Source: Octopus sinensis
Taxonomy: Eukaryota
Reading direction: 5' to 3'
Assembly: GCF_006345805.1 (NCBI RefSeq)
Contig: NC_043011.1
Location: 20,038,464-20,102,463, forward strand
Length of the DNA stretch: 64,000 bases
Shown here piece by piece: positions 26,681-40,580 of the stretch (positions are counted from its first letter, which is position 1; each line of letters opens with the position of its first letter). The translations under genes were made by a program, and so were the position numbers. The notes under the pieces are model-generated. The model worked only from the letters and a program-made list of their open reading frames with translations. It ran no database searches and was not told the origin of the DNA.

Positions 26681-29480
26681 ATGAAAGAATTATTAGCTGG
26701 GATAGTTGAGTTGCAAAAACAGCAACAACAACAACAAATCAAGAAACAACAAGAAGAGCAACAAGAATTGTAGCAGCAAACCTTATACCTAATGAAGTTG
26801 ATAACCAATTCGGAGAATATATTTTCACCTGACCATGTAGCAAATTCCACAAGCGAATGCAAATATAAGCCCGAAGAAGGAGTAACTTTCGGGGCTTACT
26901 TTCAGATATTTAAAAAACAAATTTGGAAAAAAATGTCAAGATTGGACGGACGATATGAAAACACATTTAAATTTAAGAAAACTAGCGACAGCAAAACATG
27001 AGATGTATAGTAACTTCATACTGCCACAAAAAAGTGTCTGACATAAATTTCACTTCACTGTTTAATACTAGATGGAAATGTGGCAGAGTCAACAAACAAG
27101 TGGAAAGATTTAGGCAAGATATGCTTACTCCACATTATTTCAAGTGTTTGACTTTTGCACTAGAATTGACAGATAGAAGGGATGCAGAAATCCGAAAGAA
27201 AATAGAACGGAAGAAATTCAACGGAAGAAATTCAACTTACGACCAGTGCAAAAAAAAAAGTCCGAAGACAAATAGTGTTGCAGGACAAACAGAAAAAAAT
27301 ATGGAGATGTTGAACCGTGTATGGCATGTGGTGAGATGCACCAGTAAAAAGGTAGTCCGTATAAAAAAGCAAAGTGCTTTCGCTGCGGGTAAATAGGACA
27401 TATAAAATCGCACTGCAAAACTAGATGATAGGAAAATGGAACAAACAAGAAAAAATTAATAGTTTGTCAACAGGAAATGTTGTGACTACAACAAACAGAA
27501 AAATTGTGAATGTGAGAATTGAAAAGAATAGTGTCTGAATGTAATTAGACGCAGGGTGTGATATCACAATCATAAATGAGAAAACATGGGAACAAATGGG
27601 TAAACCAAAATTATATATTTCAAACAAAATAGCGCACGGTGTTACGGGAAGAAAATAATATTTCACGAATGAACGCGTTTTTAATAAAATGTTCAAATCA
27701 GAACCAAATAAGCGAATGTTTATGTATCGAAAAACTCCATGAATTTATTTGGCACCGAATGTATGGAGAACTTTAATTTATGGGACACACCCATAAGCGT
27801 TTTGTGCAATAACGTAAATGGTGCAGTCAAACGAACGATGAAACAAGAGATGAAAGAAACATTCCCGAAAGAATTTCGGAACGTTTAGGCTGTTGCACAA
27901 AAACAAAAGCACGGATTGCTAGCAAAGAAAATTCAACACTTGTTTTCAAGCCCAAACAGAACGTGTCGTTTGCGGCGGTAAACCAGGTCAATAAAAAACT
28001 AGAAAGGCTGGAAAGCCTGAATATAATTGGAAAGATTGAACATGCAGACTGGGTAGCGCCGGTGATGTACGTAAAAAAATAAGAATAAGCAAAGAGTGTG
28101 CGCAGGCTTCTCAACCAGGTTAAAAGACTGTTTACTGACACACAATTATCAAATTCCAAGCCCAGAAGAAGTATTTGCTAAGCTAAAAGGAGAGAAAAAT
28201 TTTCAAAGTTAGATATCTCAGAGTCGTACTTTGAAATTCAGTTAGAAGATTGCACACATCTACTAGCAACCAACACGCAGGGTGGATTATACAAGTTCAA
28301 AAGACTGCCGTTTGGAGTAAAAGTGGCACCCACATATTCCAACAAATAATGGATGCGATATAAGTGATTGCCTAGATGGCATTCTGATAAAGAGTCTCGG
28401 GTGCAACATGTCGAAAACATAAGGACAGTGTTCGAGAGAATAAGAGAATATGGACTAAAACTGACAGAAGAAAAATGCCAAATTTTATGGAATAAATAAA
28501 ATTCGTATGTCAACTAATCGGCATAAATGGAGGTAGACCGAACCCATGAAGGCGGACGGCAATACGAAACATGCCGCCCCCGAAGAACGTGGCAAGGCTA
28601 CAAGTATTGCAAGACTTAGTAAATTATTACCAAGTGTATTTACCAAATATACATAAGGTAAGGGCACCACTTAATGAATTATTTTAAAAGATGCCAAATG
28701 GGTTTGTCATTTCTCACATTTCTTTTCATTTCTTCCAAAGTTACTGGTAGTTCACGCACGATGTTCCACATTACTTTTCTTGTTTGTCGATGGTCTGTCT
28801 AGGCTAATTCCGAGAAACAACTAACCGCTGGAGGACACCATATTAGCAAGCCTAAGAACAGAGGCAGAAACAAAGACAAAGAGAAATGACAGAAAGCATT
28901 TAACGAGTTAACAGATGTGTTAACTTCAGACTTGTATCTTACGCATTTTGACCCAACGTTACAGATAATACTAGCTACAGATGACAGCGAATATAGGATA
29001 GGAGCTGTGTTCGTACAAAAAGATAACGATGGCAGAAGAAAGGCTATAGTTCACATATCAGGGACATTATTGCCGGCGGCTAACAGCTCTAGCCAGATTG
29101 AAAAAAAGGCGTTGGCTATTATATTTGGCATGTAAAAATTTCACAGGTTCATGCACGACAGACGTTATGGGTTACAAACGGATTATAGATATCTAATAAC
29201 GATATACAAGTCCAAGAAAGGTATCCCGACAAATACGGCAAACAGAAAGCAGCGATGAGATACCATTTTATTAAATTACGATTATAGAATGGAATATCTT
29301 CCTTCAGAAGAGATGGGGCATGCCGATGCTCTGTCTAGGCTAATTCCGAAGGACAACGTAATAGCTGTGCTAAACCCGGAAACAGAAACAAAGAGTGATG
29401 TGGAACATTTTGCGTGAACTACCAGTAACTTTGGAAGAAATAAAAAGAAATGCGAGAAATAAGAAATTTGTTAATGAGAC
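26681..29480 (+). pseudogene. Gypsy/Mag-like (K02A2.6-type) gag-pol, pseudogenised and truncated before integrase
   Basis: gag FSPDHVANS...YKPEEGVTF; CCHC knuckle CFRCG*IGHIKSHC; protease LDAGCDITII; RT WVAPV, SKLDISESY, LYKFKRLPFGV; RNase H LATDDSEYRIGAV...QIEKKALAIIFG. Confidence 0.9.
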
Positions 29481-30909
29481 AACAGTTGGTTCATCTTTCA
29501 AACAATCGTTAATTGTATTTAATCGTCATCACCTTTGCTGCATTTCTTGCTTTTTGAATTAGGGCTGAATCTGTTTTCTTTTCTGTATTTGTCACCTCCA
29601 GTTTCCAGTAGTCTTTTACTCTTCTTCGCTGTCATTACGTTCCCCTTTTCAGAAGACGATGAACTTATGTTCTTGTGTGAGGAGTTGGCACACTGGCACT
29701 TATGCACGCCTAAAATCGAGGATGAAACTAACTCTCCGATCATTTAAGGATCTGGGTTAGATAATATTCACAGATGTATGAGCTGTAAACCATCCAGCTC
29801 CTCCTCTATTTCTACCTATGTCTCACAGCTCACTAAAGCCGGAAACAGGAATTCCCCAGCTTTCTGAGAGCGTTAGGGACTGAGAAACAATGAACTTTTA
29901 TTCCAGTGCCGAAATTTTCATGACAACTTGGTTGGGACATCAGCCATTGGAGTCAATTGTTGTTGCCGTTCTTTTCGTGTTTTCCTTCTTTTAACTTCTA
30001 CTAACATGTGTAGCATCAAATATAACTGCTGGGCTTTCTACTTTGCGCTATCCCCGTCTTTTTAAAGGCGGAAACTATTTTGAGCTTCAGAATCGTTGAG
30101 TAGTTTTACTAACTATTAAAGATTGGAAACCCATGCTAACTCCACATGACTTTATATACTGGTGATAATAGGCTATATATTGTAATCATGGGGAGAAAAT
30201 ATTTGCCTTGTACATGGTGAATTTGTATATTCTATAGGCTTGGTAAAACCAAGGAAAGATGGAAATCATTTCAGAAATATTTCAATGTTAGAAATTTTCT
30301 GAGGTTAAGGAGAAACAAAAAAAATTCAAATATCGTAATATGGAAACGGTGCAGAGGAATCTAAAATATTAATACACGAATTTTCAATTTGAAATTTGAG
30401 AAATGCAAGCATAAATATTAAGCATAGGTAACAAGGGGTGAATATGTTAAATCATATATATATTATTGGTATTTATCATTAGGGAACTGACGTTAGATAT
30501 TAAGGCTAAACTGTAATGGAAATTCAGAAATATAGATTACAGTTGAATTAATGTTTCGTATTAGGGAAAAAGTGAAGTCGCGCGCGCTAAAACACATAAG
30601 GAAATACTATTCAAAATTCTGTGTGTAATTGAGGTATAACATATAAAGAGATTCGGGAATATACGCTAAGAAATAGAAATTAATAATTTATGCAAACGTG
30701 TATTGCTATCAAAATCATAGGAAAGGTGCGTATCTTAATATTCAGTAGAAAAAGAGCTGATTGAGGGAATCATATATTGCAAGAAATCCGATAAGGAAAT
30801 TGTGTTTAATGAAATTAAAAACAAGAGTATAATAGCATGAATGATATTGAATTAATGAATATGTTTCATATGAATGCACATAAATAGGAACATAGATATT
30901 TATGAATCT

Positions 30910-31740
30910 ATTGCGATATCCCATAAATAATGCGGATTTTTCAATTGCATGAAGTAAAAGTTATGTGAGGGACGGGATAAACTGGCTGCATCAAAAGCAA
31001 GAAGTAATTTTATCTTGGCCCTATTCTTAGTGCAAGTTTTAAAGATTGCAGTTCAATTTTAACAGTTACGGTTTCAAAGCTATAATGGCAGTGACAAAGG
31101 AGCATATTTGGCATGTTTTGCTTTATGAGTTCAATAAAGGCAACAACGCAATGGAAAAAGGTGAGGAATGTTTATACAGTACGTGGGGATCAGAAATAAG
31201 CATATGCCACTGACAATGGTGGTTCCAGAAATTCCGAGCTGGAAACTACAGCCTAGAAAATCTATATATGCTTGACTAGGGCATCTTACAAACCCTAGAG
31301 GAACAAAAATCCATCATAACTGTTGAGAAACTAGCAGAGATGTTTGGATTTGATCATTCAACCAGTCGTTCGAGCCAGTGCTAGGAGACGTTTCAAGTTG
31401 AAAGATGTACCTCCCTCGGGATAATGCTCGGCCATATGCAGTGAGGATGACATTCCAAAGGCTAGAGCAGTTTGAATGGGAAACGATACCCCACCCACCA
31501 TATACGCCGGCCATTGCCCCATCTGATTATCATTTATTCTGCAGTTTTCAAAATTATTTGAACGGAAAAAAGGAATTCTGTAGATGAGGTCAGAAGAGTA
31601 ATAGAGGTGTATTTTTCGTCAGAGGCAAGTGAGATTTGGAAGAGGAGCCATGCAAGTCTGCCGGATAGATGGAAGAGCATTGTAGAAAATGAAAGAGAGT
31701 AATATTTTTGAAAATAGAAATAATACATTTCCTGTGTCCT
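30910..31740 (+). mobile_element. Internally deleted mariner (Mos1-like) transposon
   Basis: From ATG 31085: MAVTKEHIWHVLLYEFNKG...WFQKFRAG (HTH). Then DNARPY...HPPYTPAIAPSDYHLF (YSPDLAPSDY motif). Confidence 0.85.
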
Positions 31741-31999
31741 TATGTTTTCAAAGTTGAGACAAGCACCTCCACCCAGTGTTTCCAAGGGCTAAATAACAGT
31801 AGCATTCTTCTCTTTAATGGGAAGAATGTTGACAACATTAAGTTGACAACATACTGTCATTTTATCCTGCTGCTACTGCATAAATCTGAGAGATTTAGAA
31901 ATGTATTGTTTCTATTTTCAAAAATCGGTGAATGTATTTCACTTGAAATATATGTTTCCAAAGGCGGATAGGCATCGACAGCTAGAAGGCCATTCTACT

Positions 32000-32047
32000 C
32001 CAGACTGATGACGAGCAATGACACTGAAACTAGTCACTGGTTGCTCG
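32000..32047 (+). ncRNA. Hammerhead motif, GUC site, stem II incomplete
   Basis: ccaga-CTGATGA-cgagcaatgacact-GAAA-ctag-TC-actgg-ttgctcg. Confidence 0.6.
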
Positions 32048-32118
32048 CTTTGTCCTGCAAAAACATCATAATCAATGAAAGAAGGAATTCTACAACTTAA
32101 CCATGTCATTGAAGCCAC

Positions 32119-33717
32119 TTAGAAACCAAAATCATCTAAATAATTAATATTCTTTATATTGTTTACCATTTCTGGTGGGTAGATTTTTCTGAATAAAGCT
32201 TCTTCACCTATGTAACTGCAGCATCCATTAAGTTGTTTCAGTAAACCAATCTCTTTCCTCGCACATAGGTCTTTAAGGGAAACAAACTTGCACGAAGAAA
32301 GATAAATGTCTGCCAACAGAGGGCTACAATTGCTACCCATTGGAATTCCCCATATGCTCAAACACCCTGCCCGCAAAAATAACAAACGAATTATTAATAA
32401 TACAACTAACCATTTCTTTCATCTTTCTTATACTTATATTAGTGCATCACTTATAACAACAATTCGACAAGAAACCTTTATCATTCTTTAAAGATATACA
32501 TTTATATCCTTTATTAAAAATAATACCATCTTCCACACCTTTAAGACTTAAATTTGTATATAATGTCTAAATATCAAACACAAAAATACTCTTAGATTAT
32601 CTAATACTCCAAAATAATTAATTCCTGAACTGTTATAACTTTTATCCCAATTTTTTTTTAAATATGTATTTACAACTTTTAAAGCATCATTAACCAATAT
32701 AGATAGCTGCTTAATTGTACAGTTACTAGCTCTTGCTATGAATCTACTTTTAAAAGGAACTGTATGTAGTTTAGGAATAAAAAAAAGCCTAGGGATATTT
32801 TTATCCTTTTCTTCCACTTCTAAACCATTCAATATTTCTACCGTGAGTATAAGTCTATTAACTAACTCATTAACGTTTTCTGATATAACTTTGTATGTAT
32901 TATTACTTATAAACTTACATTCCTTATCCACTCCTAACTGTTTACATACAACCATCATATAATATTTTCTTACAAACTACTACAAAATTCCCAGCTGCTT
33001 TATCTGCTTGTAATATTACATATTCTTTAATGTAATTCATCTATATATTCTTTAACTAGTGGTTTATTCAAAACTGAATATTTCCCTATTCGCTTATCAT
33101 ATTTTTCAAATGTCTAACTACCATATAAGTTAATTTGCTAATTGCTAATCAAGCTACTGAATTCCTAGAATTTGACATTATATGTGAGACTTAATTTAAC
33201 TATAAATTCATTAATGATTTTTGATATAACTTTCTTTAAATTGTATTTACTAATTTTACCTTGTTCTGTTTATTTTGTTCCTTTACTCATAATCTCCCTT
33301 AGTTCCTTATTTTAAATAATATCTAAATATCCTCTATAGACATGTTCTAGTTCTTTATAACAAAATTCCGAATTATCACATTTACAAACTTCTAAGTAAA
33401 TTACTTTCAAACTTCCAAGACCGATTTTTTGATAGGATCTTATTATAATTAAATAAAGTATTACATATCTTCTTACCAAGCTTATAACAAATCTTGACAT
33501 TTATACGTCTAACATTTTCCGGCAAAAGGTTTATTGTTTTATTTTTTCTAATTACATTACCTAAATTAACATCATCAATGAAATTACTAACATGAGGTAT
33601 TTTTAAGTATTCAACTTTAACATTATTGCTTTTCACTTTAGCCTTTTCCATTAACCTATTACAAAAACTATCCACTAAAAGAATAACTTCAGATAACTCT
33701 CTATGGCATATGTACAT
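32119..33717 (-). mobile_element. Penelope-like element (Naiad-like) RT remnant
   Basis: CKCDNSEF..HVYRGYLDII, ADKAAGNFVVVCKK, IPRLFFIPKLHTVPFKSRFIA, GIPMGSNCSPLLADIYL. Confidence 0.8.
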
Positions 33718-33817
33718 TATTTTTTTTTAAGTTCGGCACAGGAACATGCCGAATATATAACAATATATAACAATATGTAACAACCGTGATATTCTTTCTT
33801 TATATATGAATCATTAT

Positions 33818-33861
<44 letters not shown>

Positions 33862-33864
<3 letters not shown>

Positions 33865-34038
33865 GAAATTTACAGAAGCACAAAAGGCGAAGACAACAAA
33901 CAGGTGTATTATTTAACGCTCAGAAAGGTGAGAAAATCTTTCACGTTTTGAGCCTACGCTCTTCAACAGAAAGGAACTCGAGGAAATAATCAGAGAGAAT
34001 AAAAAAGCTTTTGGAGCTAGCGATCAATCATGTCGGCT
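33862..34038 (-). mobile_element. PLE pLTR fragment with minimal HHR-variant remnant
   Basis: ctttCTGTTGAaGAGCgtagGCTCaaaacgtgaaaga on the minus strand, between (TA)n tracts. Confidence 0.7.
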
Positions 34039-34067
34039 ATACACATACATATATCTATATATATTTA

Positions 34068-34142
<75 letters not shown>

Positions 34143-34149
34143 ACATATA

Positions 34150-35300
34150 ACAAAAAAGCAAACTCCACAGAATAGAGCAGTGAGCATTAAAACCAAAAGT
34201 TAAATTCCGGTTATAGAGTGACCAATAATTTCGTATCCCCGAAAGCTACAGCCATGTGGAGAGCTCATTAGACACTATACAAAAACAAATTTAACTTTTC
34301 ACCACGCGGACGTGAGTAAACGCCTGAGCTATAAAAACGTTATTGAGGACGGTTTATCTCCCCTGGACCAGTGGATTACTAGCAGCAACAATAAAAAAAT
34401 ACCTTTTCGTTCTCATAGCAGCGTAATCCGCAAACGGGGAGATCCAATATTCCAGAAGGTGGTGCTTGAAATGAACAGATCTTGTGTAGACTTCTTCATG
34501 ATTATTTAACACCCGAAGCTTAGCATAGTACTTCAAAAGTTTGTTACTCCCTGCGATACAGATTTGTATCGGACGCTCCCATTAATATATGGGCCTGGAT
34601 GTTCTATGATCTTCCGCCTGATATTATATGGGATCCTTTGATCTTCCAGGTGCCACACATGACTGGTCAGGGACAAAACCTCTTTCTAAGACTCGGAAGG
34701 ATGACTGGTGGTTGGGAAACCGTCGTTTGAAAGATGTACTGGCTGATACGGTATATTTATGAGCCTGGGAGTGGGTATATTCGTACTCCTGGTGTATCTC
34801 TGGTAGGCACCGAGTCTTGGGATGTTGTTGGTATCACCAGTATTGATGTTTCGTTATGGCACAATGATCCGCCGGTGCTGGTACGTCTGCCGTCTCTGTG
34901 GTTGTTATCGCCATGCTTATCGTCTCTGGTCATATGGTTGTCGTATTGTTGCTGCTTTTAGTATGGGTACGGCTGATGGTAACTTACGGTGCGTGGCCGG
35001 TCACTCCATCAGTGTCGATAATAATGGTTCGGTCATCTTCTGTGGTGGTGGTGGTAATAGGGTTGTCGTTTACTTCTACTATGTTGCTGGTCCTGGACTG
35101 ATCATCATTTCTAGCTGCAGCGATTGTACTGGGGTCAATGGCGTTAGAGCTGGTTAATCTGCTACTGTCATCACTTCCGGTGCCATCATTTCTGCTAATG
35201 GCTGGTCTAGGTGTCACCATACCTTCACAGATGACACCTTCGGCCTCGTATCGGGCTCCTACTGGACAGTTATTGTATATCCTGCCAAAGCAACCTGCCT
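34150..35300 (-). mobile_element. Penelope-like element 3' remnant (GIY-YIG) with terminal region
   Basis: NNCPVGARYEAEGVIC...; STSFKRRFPNHQSSFR; SHVWHLEDQRIPYNIRRKII; LNNHEE..H..HLL. HHR remnant downstream. Confidence 0.6.
34212..34279 (-). ncRNA. Degenerate hammerhead in PLE 3' region
   Basis: tatagtgt-CTAATGA-gctctcc...ggggatac-GAAA-ttattgg-TC-actctata. Stem I has 7 of 8 pairs and G5 is mutated to A. Confidence 0.55.
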
Positions 35301-36984
35301 CCCCACTTGTTTTGTGGGTGTTTATTAAAATACTTATTTATGTTAGGAGCACAGATAAAGGAGTCTCTTAAGTTGTGCTTGTTAAATAAATACCTGTATC
35401 TATATGTCTGTGGGAAGTGCTTATATATATATATATGTATATACAAGTATGTGCCTTTTTACTTATCCTCTACCACCGCTTGACAACCGGTGTTGGTGGC
35501 TTCACTCTCTCCATAACTCGGCACTTCGGCAAAGAGACCGATGGAAAATGGAAAATGTACCAGGTTTAAAGGAGAGGGAAATAAATAGTACCAGTGTAGA
35601 CTTGCACGAATAAAACACAAGGCATAGCTCCATCATACCCGCATTCCAGGAAACAATCAGACAAACAGACAGACAGAAAGTGAGATAGAGAGAGACAGAG
35701 AGAGAGATAAATTATGTGCGCGTGTGAATTTATAAATATCTTCATCCATTAGCTATTCTTCGCAGGCACTTTGTAATACTAGCATAAATCAAACCATTCA
35801 ACCACAAATAATGTATTATAGCTTACACAGTTGCGAATGACATTCACAGATTTTTGTTTTAGAATAATGTCTCCATGTACTTTCTCGTCCATCCTCATTC
35901 CTGATGATTATATACAGCTAGTTTTTATATTACGAAATGCTTATCATCCTTATAAATCGCCAGAATGCAGATTTCATTAATTGATTTACAATTACAGCTC
36001 ACCAAATATTTCTGCTCTTTTCAATTTACGACTATATTTTACAACTTAACTATGCAATAAAGTATCTTCGTATATAAACATGCATATATATATGTGTGTG
36101 TGTATGTGTGTGTGTACGTATGTATGTATGTATGTATGTATGTGGCTTTGTATGTGTGTGTTCGTCTATTCATACATATTGCCTTAAATTTTTGTTAGAA
36201 CAGGTAGTATTAACCCCACTCCCTCTAAATTGAATTTTAGTGATATGCTTAGCTTGAAAATGTGAAAAGAAATCTGTCTGCTATGATTTTAATACTCTTC
36301 TTGAAATCTTTGAAGTGTTAATAACTTATTTAATTTGTTACATTCAACACACTTAAAGCCTGTGTTTGCTTTCAACTTACTTCTACGGAACAGAAACTTC
36401 AATATATTTCCAAGTAAACAGCAAGTTCCAATGGCAAAGATCATGTTGAAGTTTTCAACTTTGGTATGAGACTTAGCTATCTATTCACTCTTTAAGCTTC
36501 ACGATAATTACATAAGAATTTAGTTTATTGCTGTGATAGTTCAAGGCTATCTTGAAGCAAGATGAAACGCTGTTGTTGTTGCTGCTGATGTTGTTGTTGT
36601 TGTTGATGCTGCTGTTGTTGTTTTTGTTGTTGTTGTTTAGCGTGTAGTCAGATATGAGAAAGCAAATCTATAACCACAATTATAATGTATCTAAGAGTAA
36701 AAGATTTCATGTACCCTCACATTTTGTCAAGATGATAGAATGTGATTTTATTGATGTGACTGATATTTTCAACGGGTAAACGGGTGTCATAGAGCAGGAG
36801 TTGACGACAGCTGATCCCCGTTTGAACGTAGTCCATCGAGGGCCCGTAATGAGCCCCAATTCTAGTTTTGAAACTATTTTCAAATTTTAATTTATTCTTG
36901 AGTCATTGAGCAGTGGATGGCTTTTGGAGAGACGTTTATGTTACAATTTGTTTTATTTTGTGTGTATGAATTTTGTCTATGAAG

Positions 36985-37302
36985 GTAAGGGTTTAGTGGT
37001 TAGTGTATTCGACTCACGATCGTCAATAAGTAAGTTCGATTCGTGGCGGCGCGTTCTGTCTTTAAGCAAGATCCTTTATTACACGTTACTGCAGTCCACT
37101 CAGCTGGCAAACATTAGTAGTACCTGTATTTCAAAGGGTCAGCCTTGTCACATTTGGTGTGTCATACTGAATCTCTCTGGAATCTCCATTGAGGCTACAC
37201 GTATCTGCGGATTGCTCAGTCACTTGGACGTTAATTTCAAGGCCAGTCTGTTCCAAAGATCACATCAGCTAGAACACTCCTCGTTGTAACCGCCGATGTG
37301 CC
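36985..37302 (+). mobile_element. Diverged tRNA-derived SINE (same family as 58843-59222)
   Basis: tRNA-like head (gtttagtggttagtg...gttcgattc) and shared body tacctgtatttcaaagggtcagccttgtcac...gttaatttca. Confidence 0.7.
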
Positions 37303-37359
37303 CTGGCATGATGTAAATTCAGGGTAGCTATAGAGTTTTATAAGATATTAGACTATATA

Positions 37360-37616
37360 CAGGGTGAAGCAGAGAGGACAGACGTTTTTTGGAACGGCTG
37401 TTACTCAACCCCAGGAGGTGGGGACATATGTCCAACATGTACCATTCGGTCCATGGTGTCTTAGTATTTCATTTCCTTTTCAGGTGAAGCCATGGCGCTG
37501 TGGACAATAGAGCATCACGTGTTTACCTACGACAGTTACGTGAAGAATAACGAGACTGTCATAGCAGTTCAGCGTGAGTTTCGGCACCACTTCAAAATTC
37601 ACCGAAATCAGGCACC
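37360..37616 (+). mobile_element. 5' end of a Tc1/mariner-superfamily element (DUF4817-type HTH)
   Basis: TA|CAGGGTG terminus. From ATG 37492: MALWTIEHHVFTYDSYVKNNETVIAVQREFRHHFKIHRNQAP. Confidence 0.7.
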
Positions 37617-38366
37617 TCAGCCCCGCTCAGTAGTTCTTTCTCACCAGAATATAACTCCAGGACATTAAACACCCCAGTCGCCAAGAGCCTGCAAAGGACC
37701 CGGGTATGGCCCCATCTCTCAGACGCAAAATGTAAAATCAAAAGGTCAGCTCAGACTCAATTGATTTACGACTGAATGATTTCAACAACTAGCATTTGCA
37801 TTTAAAAACCAAAGACTCCTACCCGGAGCACGTCACGGCTCCAACACACAAAACACCAAACTATACAATATGATTCTTATATCATGTCAGACATTTATTT
37901 CAATATGGTACATCATAACTGTAATTTATAATCTAATGACAATAATACTGTCACGATTTGAACCTGTAATGGTCCGAGAATATTCTCACATCTTATCAAT
38001 TCAATTTGATCTCATCTGTCTACGAAACCATTGGCATTGCTATCCTCCTTCATCTGTTAAATATATACTGTGTCTGTTTCTATTCACAAAACTACTTAGT
38101 ATATTGACTTTGGAAGCTTTACAATAGTCATTTCTTTCATTAACCGGGACACATTGTGTTCTTTGTTATTTTACCCAAAGATACCTCGTAATATTGCTCG
38201 AAGCTATTCTATTATTATCATGCCACTTCGAAAACATTGTTTGTTTATCATATGTGTCCATCTCAATCTATGTAAACTGTAAGCAATAAGAAGGATAGGA
38301 TTGTATTTCTATTGCAATAAAATACGTGATAGGTTTACGGGATATCTAGTAAGCTCACAATATATT

Positions 38367-38418
38367 GTTCATTCTGACGAGACTACATACGGTCGAAAAA
38401 TATTTATGAAATGACTAT
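38367..38418 (+). ncRNA. Hammerhead motif, core intact, stem I imperfect
   Basis: CTGACGA-gact(acatac)ggtc-GAAA-aatatt-TA-tgaaatgactat. Confidence 0.55.
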
Positions 38419-38646
38419 TTCTAGGCACATATTCACATAAATAACTCGTGTAATTCGAAATATTTGCATGTCTCTGGTGAAGAAATCTGTATTTATACGA
38501 TCGTAGACGCACATATCCACGCACAGGGTAATACTATATGTGTGTATATTTTATATATATATAAAGAAAGAAAGATAGAAAGAGAGAAAAAGAGAAAGAG
38601 ATATGTAGGTAGATAGATAGTTTGATAGATAGATAGATAGAGTGGG

Positions 38647-38681
<35 letters not shown>

Positions 38682-38721
38682 AAGATAGATAGATACAGAT
38701 ATACCTATAGATTAAAGTGTA

Positions 38722-38762
<41 letters not shown>

Positions 38763-38956
38763 GCATATATATATATATATATATATTATGTATGTATACA
38801 GATAGTGTGTATATACTTATACATATACTTGCATATATGTGCATTGCACATGATGTATATATATTTATATAAGTGTATATAAATATGCATGATATATTTT
38901 GCATGAATAAGTGTGTATATGCATATATGAATATTTATTATATATATGTATGTATA

Positions 38957-39103
<147 letters not shown>

Positions 39104-39776
39104 TATATATATATATATTATATATAAATACATATACACACACATATATATAGGTTAACATGTACATATATACATACCTACGCACATACATACATACATA
39201 TATACACACATGCATGCATACATACATATGCTTCTGTTAGCGGGCGCTAGACATCCGTGTATAGACATTAAAATATGTTTATACTTATGCCGATAATATG
39301 TAAATTGATTTTTTTTTCTTATCAATGAGTTTCTGTATGCATCTTTTGCAGCATCCGTTTCTTCTCTAAGTTTCGTGATGTGTGTGAGAATGTGTGCGTG
39401 TGTCTGTGTGTAGCTGCGGTAATCTGGCTGTTACTGAATGTATGAATATATGCATTGACCACAATAACTTTTTTTTAATAAATGTAGCTCAAGTAAAGGT
39501 TGCCACAGAAGCCAAACGCTTATATATGGAAATGATATGTGTACGTGTCAGTCTAAACAAAAACCCATAAGCACAAGCATATATCAGCTGCCTTCAACTT
39601 ATTTGCACAGAAATACAACATGAAACTGAGGACCTAACAAAGCTAATGTGTGTTAGATTTTGACGCAGGGCGATGAGATGCATCTTAGCTGCAGCTGCTT
39701 CAAGAGGAAAATATATTTGCATGAATAAATGCGTCTATGGAAATGTATAGCTGTCCGATATGTAAATACATGTAAC

Positions 39777-39832
<56 letters not shown>

Positions 39833-39848
39833 CACACATATATCGAAA

Positions 39849-40010
39849 CGCAGGAGTGGCTGTGTGGTAAGTAGCTTGCTTACCAGCCACATGGTTCTGG
39901 ATTCAGTCCCACTGCGCAGCAACTTGGACAAGTGTCTTCTACTATAACCTCAGGCTGACCAAAGCCTTGTGAGTGGATTTGGTAGACGGAAACTGAAAGA
40001 AGCCCCTCGA

Positions 40011-40050
<40 letters not shown>

Positions 40051-40292
40051 GTATGTATGAATGTATTATGTGAGTATGTGTTTGTGTGTCTGTGTTTGTC
40101 ACCCCACCAAACATCACTTGACAACCGATGCCGGTGTGTTTACATCCCCGTAACTTAGAGGTTCGGCAAACGTAACCGATAGAACAAGTACAAGGCTTAC
40201 AAAGAATAAGTCCTGCGGTCGATTTGCTCGGTTAAAGGCGTTGCTCCAGCATGGCCATAGTCCAATGACTGAAACAAACGAAAGAGTAAAAG
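39849..40292 (+). mobile_element. Full-length CORE-like tRNA SINE with internal (TA)n/(TG)n
   Basis: tRNA head, CORE-like cttggacaagtgtcttctact, tail gactgaaacaa..aaagagtaaaag. Confidence 0.85.
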
Positions 40293-40378
40293 TATATATA
40301 TATTGATAGTAATATAAAATTTCATTTCCATATTGTTGCATTTATATATGTGCATATATAATATATTCACACACACAC

Positions 40379-40446
<68 letters not shown>

Positions 40447-40454
40447 TAGATAGG

Positions 40455-40580
<126 letters not shown>

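Noticed and set aside
29500-30900. Possible LINE ORF1 or 3' remnants
   Set aside because: Too decayed to assign with stated motifs.
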